Positions 10,109 to 19,873 of a stretch of DNA of 61,038 bases are shown one piece after another. Source of the DNA: an uncultured Bacteroidales bacterium (GTDB lineage Bacteria; Bacteroidota; Bacteroidia; Bacteroidales; UBA932); the NCBI GenBank assembly GCA_947302825.1, contig CAMYWP010000001.1, forward strand, positions 1 to 61,038. Reading direction: 5' to 3'. The position numbers and the translations under genes are program-made. Each line of letters begins with the position of its first letter. Position 1 is the stretch's first letter. Below the pieces are notes generated by a model. The model was not told the DNA's origin. It was given only the letters and a program-made list of their open reading frames with translations, and did not search any database.

Positions 10109-11284
10109 ATGAAAAAAGTACTGGTATTTTGGGCAATTTTGACAGGTGCTGCGGTTGGGGCTGGTGCCCAGACCCCCGATTCCCTGGACCGCAACCGGTC
10201 CAAGTATGCCACTTATCACTTTGAGAAAGACGACCAGTACCAGGTGGAGAATCCCTATGACCTCGTGGAAGTCCAGCAGCCCAAAGGCAAGAAAATCAAG
10301 AACGTCATCTTCCTGATCGGCGACGGCATGGGTTTCGAGCAGGTGAACGTGGGATGGGTGGCCAACGGCGGCAAACTGAACATGACGGACCGCATGCCCG
10401 TCCTGGGTGCTTCCCGCACTTACTGCACAGACCAGCTCATCACCGATTCCTGCGCCGGCGGCACGGCGCTGGCTATCGGCCAGAAGACCAAGTACGGCTA
10501 TATCGGCATTGATGAGAATGCGCAGCCGGTGGAATCCAACCTCCAGTGGGCCAAGCGCGTGAAGGGCATGAAAACGGGCGTCACCGTCACCTGTCGTATC
10601 AACGACGCCACGCCGGCCGATTTCTGCGTCCACGGCCCCTCCCGCAAGGACGAGGAAGGCCTGGCCGCCCAATATGTGGACGCCAACGTGGACTTCATTT
10701 CCGGCGGTGGCACCCATTTCTGGAACCAGCGCTCCGACGGCCGCAACCTCATCGAGGAAATGAAGGCCAGGGGCTACACCTGGGTGGAGAAATTGGCCGA
10801 TGTCCCCGCCGCTAAAGGCGACAAATACCTGGGTCTGTTCGAGGAATACGACATGTCTCCCGCCCTGGACCGCGGCCCGGTGCTCATGGAAACCACCAAG
10901 AAAGCCATCGAGCTGCTGGACAATGAGAAAGGTTTCTTCCTAATGATCGAAGGCTCCCAGATCGACGACTATGCCCACCGCGGCAAAGTGGGCCAGATGT
11001 GCGAAGAACTCTTCGACTTTGACAAAACCCTGGGCTACGTGCTGGAATGGGCCGCCAAGGACGGACAGACCCTGGTAGTGGTAACGGCCGATCACTGCAC
11101 CGGCGGCCTCACCCTGCTGAAGGGCAGCCTGGAAGATCGCACGGTGAAAGTACATTTTTCCACCAAGGGACACGACGGCATTATGGTTCCGGTTTTCGCC
11201 TTCGGTCCTGGCTCCGAGCAATTTGCCGGCATCCACGAGAATGCCGAGATTGGGCAAATCGTTCGGAAATTGCTGGAAAATTAG
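10109..11284 (+). CDS. Alkaline phosphatase
   Basis: IFLIGDGMG, ITDSCAGGTA (catalytic Ser), EGSQIDDYAH and TADH metal ligands. Signal peptide. Confidence 0.9.
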   Translation: MKKVLVFWAILTGAAVGAGAQTPDSLDRNRSKYATYHFEKDDQYQVENPYDLVEVQQPKGKKIKNVIFLIGDGMGFEQVNVGWVANGGKLNMTDRMPVLGASRTYCTDQLITDSCAGGTALAIGQKTKYGYIGIDENAQPVESNLQWAKRVKGMKTGVTVTCRINDATPADFCVHGPSRKDEEGLAAQYVDANVDFISGGGTHFWNQRSDGRNLIEEMKARGYTWVEKLADVPAAKGDKYLGLFEEYDMSPALDRGPVLMETTKKAIELLDNEKGFFLMIEGSQIDDYAHRGKVGQMCEELFDFDKTLGYVLEWAAKDGQTLVVVTADHCTGGLTLLKGSLEDRTVKVHFSTKGHDGIMVPVFAFGPGSEQFAGIHENAEIGQIVRKLLEN

Positions 11285-11292
11285 TAAATTTG
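11285..11292 (+). promoter_or_regulatory. Bacteroidetes -7 promoter box (TAAATTTG)
   Basis: TAnnTTTG immediately upstream of the ATG at 11300. Confidence 0.5.
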
Positions 11293-11299
11293 CCGGACT

Positions 11300-12493
11300 A
11301 TGGATTTGCAGGCACTTAAGAACAAGTACGACATCATCGGCAACGATCCCGCGCTGAACCAGGCGCTGGAGACGGCGGTGAAGTTTGCCCCCACCGGGCT
11401 CAGCGTCCTCATTCAGGGCGAAAGCGGCGTGGGCAAGGAAAGCTTTGCCCGCATCATCCATCAGTACAGCCCCCGCCGGCAGGGTTCCTTCTTTGTAGTG
11501 AACTGCGGCGCGCTGCCCAAGGAACTGGTGAACTCGGAGCTCTTCGGCCACGTCAAAGGCTCTTTCACCGGCGCCACGGACACCCGCAAGGGCTATTTTG
11601 AGGAGGCCGATGGCGGCACCCTCTTCCTGGACGAAATCGCCGAACTTCCCCTGGAAAGCCAGGCCCTGCTGCTGCGCGTGCTCCAGAGCGGCGAATACCG
11701 CAAGGTGGGTTCCAACAAAGTGGAACACACGGACGTACGGGTAGTGGCGGCCACCAACGTACACCTGTACGAGGCCGTCAAAAGGGGAAAGTTCCGCGAA
11801 GACCTGTATTTCCGCCTGTCGGCCGCCCAGATCCGCATCCCGCCGCTGCGGGAGCGCAAGAACGACATCTACCTGCTGTTCCGCAAGTTCACCTCGGATT
11901 TTTCGGAGGTGAACGGCATGTGCAAGATCTCCCTTCGGCCGGATGCCATCCGCCTGCTGGAGCAATACCGCTGGCCCGGCAACATCCGCCAGCTGCAGGG
12001 CTTCACCCAAAGCCTCACGGCGCAGATTTCCGTGAAGGTGACGCCCACGCTCCAACGCATCGAACTGGGTGCCCGGGAACTGCTGCCTTATATGCCGCAG
12101 GAGCAGGGCGAACCGCTTCCTATGCTGTATGAAGGCCCGCAGCCTTCATCGGCCTTTAACGCAGACGAACGCCAGGCCATTTTCAAAGCCATCTTCGACC
12201 TCAAGCAGGAAGTGGACATCCTGAAGGCCCGGCTGGACCGTCGGGAACTGCCCGCCCCTCCTTCGGTGATTCCCTCCGTTCCCATGGAGGAAGAGGCCGA
12301 ATGGCAGGGACAGGAAGACTATGAGCCCCTTCCGCAGCAGGAGGAATCCCTGAGCGTGCGCCGCAAGGAGGAAGACCTCATCCGCCAGGCCCTGGAAAAG
12401 TACCACGGCAACCGCAAGAAGGCGGCCGAGGAACTGGGTATGAGCGAACGCACCCTGTACCGTAAACTCCCCCCGGAATACCGCAAGAAATGA
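11300..12493 (+). CDS. Sigma-54-dependent enhancer-binding protein with Fis-type HTH and no receiver domain
   Basis: GESGVGKE Walker A, ELFGHVKGSFTGA (GAFTGA variant), LFLDEI, WPGNIRQL and a C-terminal GNRKKAAEELGMSERTLYRK HTH. Confidence 0.92.
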   Translation: MDLQALKNKYDIIGNDPALNQALETAVKFAPTGLSVLIQGESGVGKESFARIIHQYSPRRQGSFFVVNCGALPKELVNSELFGHVKGSFTGATDTRKGYFEEADGGTLFLDEIAELPLESQALLLRVLQSGEYRKVGSNKVEHTDVRVVAATNVHLYEAVKRGKFREDLYFRLSAAQIRIPPLRERKNDIYLLFRKFTSDFSEVNGMCKISLRPDAIRLLEQYRWPGNIRQLQGFTQSLTAQISVKVTPTLQRIELGARELLPYMPQEQGEPLPMLYEGPQPSSAFNADERQAIFKAIFDLKQEVDILKARLDRRELPAPPSVIPSVPMEEEAEWQGQEDYEPLPQQEESLSVRRKEEDLIRQALEKYHGNRKKAAEELGMSERTLYRKLPPEYRKK

Positions 12494-12990
12494 AACGCTG
12501 GACCCTCATATTGATAGGGGTGCTGCTGGTATCGGCCTGCGGCATCTATTCCTTTTCCGGCACCTCCATCCAGCCGGATGTGAAAACCATCACCATCCCT
12601 TATGTGGAATACCGGGCCCTGCGCGTGAATCCTTCCCTGTCCAACGACCTTACAGAGGCCCTGAAGGAGAAATTCCGCAAGCTCACCCGCCTGGAAGAGG
12701 TGGATGTGGACGGAGACCTGGAAGTGGTGTGCGAAGTCACCGGCTACGATACCAAGGCCACCGCCGTCACGGCCGATGAACTGGCCTCCCAGACCCGTCT
12801 CACCGTCACTGTAAGCGTGGATTTCACCAACAGGAAATACCCGGAAGATGACTTTCAGCACAAGAGTTTCAGCGCCTACGAAGACTTCGATGCCACGATG
12901 TCCCTGGATGCCGTGGAGGCCGGTCTGTGCGAGTCCATCATAGAGAAACTGGTAGAAGACATCTTTAACGCAACGGTAGCACAATGGTAG
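12490..12990 (+). CDS. lptE: LptE-family lipoprotein
   Basis: Lipobox VSAC, YSFSGTSI and a C-terminal EDIFNATVAQW. Sits in the usual Bacteroidetes position after the sigma54 activator. Confidence 0.75.
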   Translation: MKRWTLILIGVLLVSACGIYSFSGTSIQPDVKTITIPYVEYRALRVNPSLSNDLTEALKEKFRKLTRLEEVDVDGDLEVVCEVTGYDTKATAVTADELASQTRLTVTVSVDFTNRKYPEDDFQHKSFSAYEDFDATMSLDAVEAGLCESIIEKLVEDIFNATVAQW

Positions 12991-13574
12991 GGTCTTCTTA
13001 CATTAATATCCACACGCTCCTGCTGGACGAACTGGTAGGGGTGGTGAACCTGTATCCCTGGTACGGGGCCGCCCGTGTGGAACTGTGCCGCCGCATGGCC
13101 GGTATGGGCGAAGACTGGGGCGAGGAACAGTTTGCGGCCCAGGCACTGTACGTTCCCGATCGCAGTAAAATCTCCTCCCTCATCCGCAAGGGCCGCTCGG
13201 CCGATTGCTCGGACAAAGACCTGCAGATGCTGCTGAACTCCTACTTGGAGCCGGCGGCGCCTGTCCAGGAGGAGGAACCCCATTCAGTACGGGTAGTGGG
13301 CGGCGACTATTTCTCCCAGGCCCAATACGACAAAGTGCGTCGCAGCGGCGACAATATTTTCAGCCGGTTCGCGGCCAAAACCCGCCCCGATAATGCTTCG
13401 GGAGAGGAAGGCGGCAGCGAAATGGCCGAACGCTTTGCCACCGAAACCCTGGCCCGGATTTTTGCCGAACAGGGCCGTACAGAGGAGGCCAGGCGCATTT
13501 ATTCGCGTCTAATTTTGGAAATCCCGGAAAAAAGTGCTTACTTTGCAACCCTTATCGACAATTTGGATAATTAA
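12984..13574 (+). CDS. Conserved hypothetical protein with a C-terminal TPR-like motif
   Basis: FATETLARIFAEQG...PEKSAYFA motif, located between lptE and secG. Confidence 0.65.
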   Translation: MVGSSYINIHTLLLDELVGVVNLYPWYGAARVELCRRMAGMGEDWGEEQFAAQALYVPDRSKISSLIRKGRSADCSDKDLQMLLNSYLEPAAPVQEEEPHSVRVVGGDYFSQAQYDKVRRSGDNIFSRFAAKTRPDNASGEEGGSEMAERFATETLARIFAEQGRTEEARRIYSRLILEIPEKSAYFATLIDNLDN

Positions 13575-13587
13575 AAGGTAAAAATAT

Positions 13588-13938
13588 ATGAATGCAGCGT
13601 TTACAGTATTGGTCGTTCTCATCATCATTGCGTCCATTCTCCTGATCGCAGTCGTCCTTCTGCAAAACGGCAAGGACGGCGGTCTGGCCACCAACTTCAC
13701 CTCCGCCAACCAAACCCTGGGCGTGCGCCAGACGGCCACCATCCTGGAAAAGGCCACCTGGTATCTGGTAGCCTTCATCCTGGTGGTTTCCATCATCACC
13801 GTTTTCGTGGCCCGCGGCAACACCCGTGGCGGCACCAACGAAGCCATCAGCACTGAAATCCTGAACCAGGCCGAACAAGCCGCCGACGAAGCTCCCGCCT
13901 TCCCTATCTCTCAGGAGAATCCGGAAATCGCCGAATAA
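13588..13938 (+). CDS. secG: Preprotein translocase subunit SecG
   Basis: Two TM helices with VLLQNGKDGGL and LEKATW motifs. Confidence 0.9.
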   Translation: MNAAFTVLVVLIIIASILLIAVVLLQNGKDGGLATNFTSANQTLGVRQTATILEKATWYLVAFILVVSIITVFVARGNTRGGTNEAISTEILNQAEQAADEAPAFPISQENPEIAE

Positions 13939-13962
13939 TTTCGGTCTTACCAGCTAATTACT

Positions 13963-13992
13963 AGCCGTTTGTCTTCGGACAGGCGGCTTTTT
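13963..13992 (+). terminator. Rho-independent terminator after secG
   Basis: AGCCGTTTGTC-TTCG-GACAGGCGGCT stem with a cUUCGg loop, followed by a T run. Confidence 0.85.
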
Positions 13993-14009
13993 CTGCGTTT
14001 GTTTCGCGT

Positions 14010-14050
14010 CTGCCATTTTGTCAGTAAATCCTCAAAGGAACGGAGATTGT
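14010..14050 (+). promoter_or_regulatory. Candidate operator palindrome plus sigma54-like -24/-12 promoter upstream of clpB
   Basis: Imperfect dyad CTGCCA-TTT-TGTCAG at 14010-14024. AGGAACG-GAGA-TTGT at 14036-14050 versus consensus TGGCACG-N4-TTGC, with correct GG-N10 spacing. Confidence 0.5.
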
Positions 14051-14079
14051 GTTTATAAGGGCAAAAGGAGAACTGAATT

Positions 14080-16242
14080 ATGGTAGACAATAATAACAAC
14101 AGCAATTTTCTGGAGCGCTTCGCCATCAACCTGAACGAGCGCGCGGCCCAGGGTAAACTGGACCCCGTGATCGGTCGGGACGACGAAATCCGCCGCGTCC
14201 TGCAGATCCTCAGCCGCAGGACCAAGAACAATCCCATCCTGGTGGGCGAGCCCGGCGTGGGCAAGACCGCCATCTCTGAGGGCATCGCCCAGAACATCGT
14301 GAACGGGCAGGTGCCTGAAAACCTGAAATCCAAGAAAGTCTATTCCCTGGATATGGGCGCCCTCATCGCGGGTGCGAAATATCAAGGTGAATTCGAAGAA
14401 CGTCTGAAGGGCGTGGTGAAGGAAGTGGTGGACAGCGCCGGCGAAATCATCCTCTTCATCGACGAAATCCACACGCTGGTGGGCGCAGGCCGCTCCAGCG
14501 GCGCCATGGATGCCTCCAACATCCTGAAGCCGGCCCTGGCCCGCGGTGAACTGCGTACCATCGGCTCCACCACCCTGGACGAGTACCAGAAGTACTTTGA
14601 GGCCGATAAAGCCCTGGAGCGCCGATTCCAGATGGTGCTGGTGGACGAGCCTTCGCCCGCGGAGAGCATCGCTATCCTGCGCGGCCTGAAGGAGCGCTAC
14701 GAAAACCATCACAAGGTACGCATCGAGGACGATGCCCTCATCGCCGCCGTGAACCTTTCGCACCGTTATATTACCAGCCGTTACCTGCCGGACAAGGCCA
14801 TCGACCTGGTGGACGAAGCTGCTTCCAAGCTGCGTCTGGAGATGAATTCCGTGCCCGAGCCCATCGACGACCTCAATTCGGCCATCCGCCAGAAGGAAAT
14901 CGAGCGCGAGGCCATCAAGCGCGAAGGCGCGTCCGCGAAAAAGGACAAGCTGGAGGCCGAACTCAAGGACCTCCAGGCTCAGCGGGAGACCCTCATGAAG
15001 CGCTGGAACGAGGAAAAGGACACCCTGAATGGCCTGCAGACAGCCCGCCAGGAGTTGGAAGAACTGGGCCTCCAGGCCAAGACCGCCGAACGCAACGGCG
15101 ACTATGCCAAGGTGGCCGAAATCCGCTACGGCAAGATGGCCGCCACCCAGAAGCGCATCGACGAGCTCACCGCCAAGGCGGAAAGCATCAAGGACCCCCT
15201 TGTCACCGAGGCGGTTACGCCCGAGGATATCGCCGAGGTAGTGGCCAAGTGGACCGGCATCCCCGTGAACCGGATGCTGGAAAGCGAAAAGGACAAACTG
15301 CTGCGGATGGAGGCCGAACTGCACAAGCGCGTGGTGGGTCAGGAGCAGGCCATCCGTGCCGTGGCCGATGCCGTACGCCGCAACCGCGCGGGCCTTTCCA
15401 ACGAGAAGCGCCCTATCGGCTCTTTCCTCTTCATGGGTACCACCGGCGTGGGTAAGACCGAACTGGCCAAAGCCCTGGCTGCGTTCCTGTTCAACGACGA
15501 GAACATGATGACCCGTATCGACATGAGCGAGTACCAGGAGCGGCACACCGTTTCCCGCCTGGTAGGTGCGCCTCCGGGATACGTGGGTTACGACGAGGGT
15601 GGCCAGCTCACCGAAGCCGTGCGCCGCAAACCTTACTCTGTAGTGCTGCTGGATGAGATTGAGAAAGCCCATCCGGACGTGTTCAACGTGCTCCTGCAGG
15701 TGCTGGACGATGGTCGGCTCACAGACAACAAAGGCCGTACGGTGGACTTCAAGAACACCATCCTCATCATGACCTCCAACGCCGGGGCCGATATCATCCA
15801 GAGCTACATGGAGCGCCTGCCGGAAGTGGACGGCGTGGACATGCAGGCCATCGCCACCCGCCGGAGCCTGCTGGACGAATGCGCCGGAAAGGTGCTGGAC
15901 GTGCTGAAAATGACCGTTCGGCCCGAATTCCTGAACCGTATCGACGAAATCATCATGTTCGACCCTCTCACCAAGGCCGATATCCGCGAAATCCTGCACA
16001 TCCAGGAAGCCGAACTGCAGAAAAAACTCGCCGACAGCGGCATCACCGTACAGTTCACATCGGCCTTCGAAGACCACATGGTGGAACACGGCTACGACCC
16101 GTCCTACGGCGCCCGTCCCATCAAGCGCCTGATGCAGCGCGAGCTGGTGAATACCCTGGCGAAGTCCATTCTGGACGGCACCGTCCACAAAGACTCCGTC
16201 ATCACCGTAGACGCCGCCGGCGGAGAAGTGGTAGTACGCTAA
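14080..16242 (+). CDS. clpB: ATP-dependent chaperone ClpB lacking the N-terminal domain
   Basis: [23 protein letters not shown], coiled-coil middle domain, [17 protein letters not shown] and YGARP motifs. 720 aa. Confidence 0.93.
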   Translation: MVDNNNNSNFLERFAINLNERAAQGKLDPVIGRDDEIRRVLQILSRRTKNNPILVGEPGVGKTAISEGIAQNIVNGQVPENLKSKKVYSLDMGALIAGAKYQGEFEERLKGVVKEVVDSAGEIILFIDEIHTLVGAGRSSGAMDASNILKPALARGELRTIGSTTLDEYQKYFEADKALERRFQMVLVDEPSPAESIAILRGLKERYENHHKVRIEDDALIAAVNLSHRYITSRYLPDKAIDLVDEAASKLRLEMNSVPEPIDDLNSAIRQKEIEREAIKREGASAKKDKLEAELKDLQAQRETLMKRWNEEKDTLNGLQTARQELEELGLQAKTAERNGDYAKVAEIRYGKMAATQKRIDELTAKAESIKDPLVTEAVTPEDIAEVVAKWTGIPVNRMLESEKDKLLRMEAELHKRVVGQEQAIRAVADAVRRNRAGLSNEKRPIGSFLFMGTTGVGKTELAKALAAFLFNDENMMTRIDMSEYQERHTVSRLVGAPPGYVGYDEGGQLTEAVRRKPYSVVLLDEIEKAHPDVFNVLLQVLDDGRLTDNKGRTVDFKNTILIMTSNAGADIIQSYMERLPEVDGVDMQAIATRRSLLDECAGKVLDVLKMTVRPEFLNRIDEIIMFDPLTKADIREILHIQEAELQKKLADSGITVQFTSAFEDHMVEHGYDPSYGARPIKRLMQRELVNTLAKSILDGTVHKDSVITVDAAGGEVVVR

Positions 16243-16245
16243 GCC

Positions 16246-16351
16246 CTGGCAGCCAAGCGCCTGTCAATCAATCATTTACAGAAAGCAATCGTTCAAATTT
16301 TGAACGATTGCTTTCTTATAATACGGTGAGTCTCAGCTATTTAGTTGCCAG
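16246..16351. repeat. 106-bp dyad-hairpin-dyad element, copy 1
   Basis: CTGGCA...TGCCAG ends, two TAA-N5-TGA-N3-TCA-N5-TTA-like dyads and a perfect central palindrome with 18-bp arms (16280-16316). Confidence 0.85.
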
Positions 16352-17584
16352 AGATTTGAAGTCTTCCCAGCGGTAGAAACTGCCGGGGGCGGCCATTTCC
16401 AAGGGAAGGGTGGTCTCCCGACCGTTCAGAAGGATCTGGAACAGGATGTCCGGGTCCTTTTTGCTTTTGAAGAAGATCAGCTGCAGGTTACAGGCCATGG
16501 GGACGTCGTAGTTGCGCCAGTAGTTTTCCACCTCGAAGGGATTCTCCACCACTTCGTTCATGCCGTTGATGCCCAGAAGGGACATGAAGGGCATCAGGGT
16601 GGAGTCGTGGGCGAAGCGCAGCCGCAGCTGTACGCCGCCGGCCCAGTCTTCTTCGGCCTTCTCGATGAAGTCTTCATAGAGGGCTTTCATGGCTTTAGGC
16701 CGAAGGTTTTGTGTATCCGGCGACAGGCCCAGCAGCTGGTAGTCGCGGAAATTGTTCACGCGCCACAGGCTGTAGCGCTCTTCGGGGGTGTATAACTGAT
16801 ACAGATGCTCCGGAACGGTCACACCCAGGTTGTCCAGGGTGCTCAGCATGGTGTGCATGTCGAAGCAGAAGCGGTACTTGTTCCGGACCAGTTTGCCGGG
16901 CTTGGTGAACCATCGGCCCAACATGGCGTCCAGGTCCAACACGTTGTCCCGGAAGCGGTTGAACTTCTGTTCGGCCTCGCCGCCACGCTCTTCGCCCGAG
17001 TCTATTACGTCCGGAAGGAGGTAATATTGATAGGGATAACCGTAATCGGCGTCAAAAGTGAAGTCTTTGTCCAGGTTGTCCAGTTCGCTCAGGAAGGAGA
17101 ACATACTCACAATCACGCGGTGGGACACAGTGGAAACTGCCGATGCATGAGTGTTTCCCTTGAAAACCTCCGGGTAGTTCTTGTACAGCTGGCCGGCAAT
17201 GTAGCGGTGCTGCTGCTGACCCAGGCGGGTAAGGTTGCCCTCGCGCCGGGAAAGCAAAGGATACAGCTGAACGTAATCCTGGTAGAACTGTTCGCCTTCC
17301 GTTGTGAGCAGACCTTTTTCCTTGGCCTTGTTCCACACGTCCAGGATTTCCTCATATACTGTTCCGCCCAGGGCGAAACGGGCGCCATGTCGGCCCACAT
17401 GACTCACGTAGAAGGGTTTATAGCCTTTGGGCGCTTTGGTAGGAGCGGGCTGGTCCATGGGGTAGAGGTAGTGTACGCCGCCGGTGCGCTCGATGTCGGC
17501 GGCAATCTCTTCTTGGGTATTGCGCTGGGCCGCGAGCGGCAATGCCGCCAATCCAACCAGCAGAAGTAAGACAACTCGTTTCAT
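16337..17584 (-). CDS. Histidine acid phosphatase/phytase-family protein
   Basis: RHGAR and FAHD catalytic motifs. Signal peptide. Confidence 0.85.
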   Translation of the reverse strand: MKRVVLLLLVGLAALPLAAQRNTQEEIAADIERTGGVHYLYPMDQPAPTKAPKGYKPFYVSHVGRHGARFALGGTVYEEILDVWNKAKEKGLLTTEGEQFYQDYVQLYPLLSRREGNLTRLGQQQHRYIAGQLYKNYPEVFKGNTHASAVSTVSHRVIVSMFSFLSELDNLDKDFTFDADYGYPYQYYLLPDVIDSGEERGGEAEQKFNRFRDNVLDLDAMLGRWFTKPGKLVRNKYRFCFDMHTMLSTLDNLGVTVPEHLYQLYTPEERYSLWRVNNFRDYQLLGLSPDTQNLRPKAMKALYEDFIEKAEEDWAGGVQLRLRFAHDSTLMPFMSLLGINGMNEVVENPFEVENYWRNYDVPMACNLQLIFFKSKKDPDILFQILLNGRETTLPLEMAAPGSFYRWEDFKSLATK

Positions 17585-17604
17585 AATCCCAAAGGTTTAT
17601 CGGT

Positions 17605-19392
17605 TTAGGGAACGCGGATGATTTCGCCGTGCTCCTGGGCTACGGTTTCTTTCCAGAGTTCGGTGTAGCCGGGATGCTCAATGTGCTCCGGAAGGCCTTC
17701 CGAGTGCTGGGAATGAATGAATTTCCCATCGGCGTCCTGCGGCTTCACGTTGCCGTCCATGTATTTCACCAACAGCTCTACTTCCAGATCCCGCCAGGCG
17801 TTGAACTGCTTCTGGGCGGTTTCTACAGAATAGTCCGTCACGTATTTGATCACCTTGGCGAAGGGTTCGCGGGACACCATTACGTCGCCTCTGGCCGATA
17901 ATTTCTTCTGCATCTTCACGGCCACCTGGTTGTACATCACCACGGCCATGCTGTCCACCGAATGGGTACGGCGCTCCATCTGGTCAATCTCGAACAGATC
18001 GGCCTTGGCGCGCACGTAGGGAGCCATGACGTTGTACATCTTGTAGCAGGCGTTGGAAATGCGGTTATTGATCCAGAAAGAGGCGTCGGGCGAATAATGC
18101 AGCAGGTCTCCATTCCCTTCCCGGAAGCAATCCGGCACCTTGGTGGTGGCGGTGTAGATGGGGGTGAGGTAGGAGGTGGCTGCGTCGTCCGTGCCGAACC
18201 AAAGGATGCCGCCCACGACGTCGGGCACATAGTTGCGGGCCTGTCCCACCATCCAGAAACCGGTCTGCTGGGTGGCGATGGCGCGCTCGTTCACATAGGT
18301 ACGGCCTTCATAATCCTGGAATTCCATGGGCCTCCAGCGATACGGGAGGGCGTTTCCGCCGGCGCCGATATCCTGGGTCATATCCATGGGCGTACCCTCG
18401 AAGTGGTCGCGCATCACGTCGGCCACATCCTTCACGCCCACCTTTTTGCGGGGATAAACGAAGAGCGGGAAGTCGCCGTCCAGATTCTTGCCCATCACGT
18501 AATCCAGGTAGGCGAAGGCATCGCGCGTAACCGCATTGCCGTTCTCATCATAGAAGGAGAACCAGCCTTCGGTAAGGATGTTAAAGGCGCTCCAAGCTCG
18601 GGCGTCGCAGCCGCGTACGGTGCCGAAATCCGTAGGACAATAAGCCTTTTTGAAGCTGAATTCGCTGTCCAGGCCGTCGAAATAACCCTTGCGGCGGGCG
18701 AAGGAAACCACATCCGGCGCATAGAGGCAGTTATCGGGGTCGTCCATAGGGAACTGGCCGATACGGGCCTGGTTGGCGTGGGCGCAGATAGCGCCGTCCG
18801 GCACCCGCCGGGCCACCCAGACGATGCCCTTGTTCACGTTGACGCCGTTTTTCATGTTGGTGCCCTTGCCGATGAGTTCCATGATCCAGGCTTCGTTCTT
18901 GTCGGCGATGGAGAAGGTCTCGCCCTCCGAGGCATAGCCGTATTCGTTGGCCAGGTTCACGATGATGTCGATGGCTTCGCGGGCCGATTTGGCACGCTGC
19001 AGGGTTACATAGATGAGGGAACCATAATCGATTCCGCCCTTCTTGTCTTCCAGCTCCGGCCGGCCACCCCAGGTGGTTTCCGTGATAATCACCTGAAACT
19101 CATTCATATTGCCCACGGTCTGGTAGGTGTGGGGCACTTGCTCTATCTCTCCCAGGTAGCGGTTGGTGTCCCAGTCGTAGATCTTGAGCATGGTACCCGG
19201 CTTCCAGTCTGCGGCGGGCTTGTAGTACAGTTCGCCGAAGAGGTAGTGGGAATCGGCCGCATAGGAAACCAGCACCGACCCGTCCTGGCTGGCGCCGCGG
19301 GTGATGATCACATTGGTGCAAGTGTTGCCTTCGAGCGTTCCCAGCAGGACGGCGGAGAGGGCGGCCACAAGTTTCAAGAGCGAATTTCTCAT
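17605..19392 (-). CDS. C69-family dipeptidase
   Basis: Signal peptide followed by the N-terminal nucleophile CTNVIIT. GNMNEFQV, AHANQARI, RDHFEGT and NERAI motifs. Confidence 0.88.
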   Translation of the reverse strand: MRNSLLKLVAALSAVLLGTLEGNTCTNVIITRGASQDGSVLVSYAADSHYLFGELYYKPAADWKPGTMLKIYDWDTNRYLGEIEQVPHTYQTVGNMNEFQVIITETTWGGRPELEDKKGGIDYGSLIYVTLQRAKSAREAIDIIVNLANEYGYASEGETFSIADKNEAWIMELIGKGTNMKNGVNVNKGIVWVARRVPDGAICAHANQARIGQFPMDDPDNCLYAPDVVSFARRKGYFDGLDSEFSFKKAYCPTDFGTVRGCDARAWSAFNILTEGWFSFYDENGNAVTRDAFAYLDYVMGKNLDGDFPLFVYPRKKVGVKDVADVMRDHFEGTPMDMTQDIGAGGNALPYRWRPMEFQDYEGRTYVNERAIATQQTGFWMVGQARNYVPDVVGGILWFGTDDAATSYLTPIYTATTKVPDCFREGNGDLLHYSPDASFWINNRISNACYKMYNVMAPYVRAKADLFEIDQMERRTHSVDSMAVVMYNQVAVKMQKKLSARGDVMVSREPFAKVIKYVTDYSVETAQKQFNAWRDLEVELLVKYMDGNVKPQDADGKFIHSQHSEGLPEHIEHPGYTELWKETVAQEHGEIIRVP

Positions 19393-19421
19393 GGTATTTT
19401 GGGCTTTTTCGATTTATTGCG

Positions 19422-19455
19422 TAATTTTGTCGTTTGACAACAGATTACAAAGGTA
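19422..19455. promoter_or_regulatory. Divergent pair of -7 promoter boxes
   Basis: TAATTTTG on + (19422-19429) and TACCTTTG on - (19448-19455), between divergent genes. Confidence 0.55.
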
Positions 19456-19868
19456 TGAATTTTTATCGTTTATCAAGCGTCCTCGCTGCCGTATGCCTGT
19501 CGGTTTTTGTAGCCGGGGCCCAGAACCAGCCGCCGCAGTCGCCGGAAGAAAGGGAAAAACAGCTCCTGGAGTTCATCGACAAGGAGGTTGAGCGTCTGAG
19601 CAATCTGCTGGATTTGGAATACTGGCAGGAGTTCTACGTGGATTCCACCCTCACGCACGACTACAAAGCCATGACCCAGGAAATGGAAGAAATGCAGAAG
19701 GCCAAGGTAGAAAACCGCGACCTGTACGTGAATGTGCAGGACAAGTGGATGCAGCAGATCGATAATAGCTACCAGCGCTTCTTTACGGAAGAGCAGTGGA
19801 AGAAATACATGAAGAGCGGCGGAAAACGTGCAAAAGACGCCCGTGACAAGAGAAACAAGAAAAAATAA
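19455..19868 (+). CDS. Exported helical hypothetical protein
   Basis: ATG at 19455 gives a signal peptide (…SVFVAGAQ). Codon usage matches the neighbouring genes. Confidence 0.65.
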   Translation: MNFYRLSSVLAAVCLSVFVAGAQNQPPQSPEEREKQLLEFIDKEVERLSNLLDLEYWQEFYVDSTLTHDYKAMTQEMEEMQKAKVENRDLYVNVQDKWMQQIDNSYQRFFTEEQWKKYMKSGGKRAKDARDKRNKKK

Positions 19869-19873
19869 AAGAT

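Noticed and set aside
7546..10212. 888-aa antisense ORF opposite the GH2 gene, and similar long shadows at 14053-16188, 24064-25791, 40392-42263, 50378-52102 and 57403-59226
   Set aside because: They mirror real genes, as expected from high GC3 and scarce TTA/CTA/TCA codons. They show no recognisable motifs.
14086..14106. Asn-rich run DNNNNSN at the ClpB N-terminus as a phase-variable repeat
   Set aside because: Mixed AAT/AAC codons and a short length, so it is not a slippage tract.
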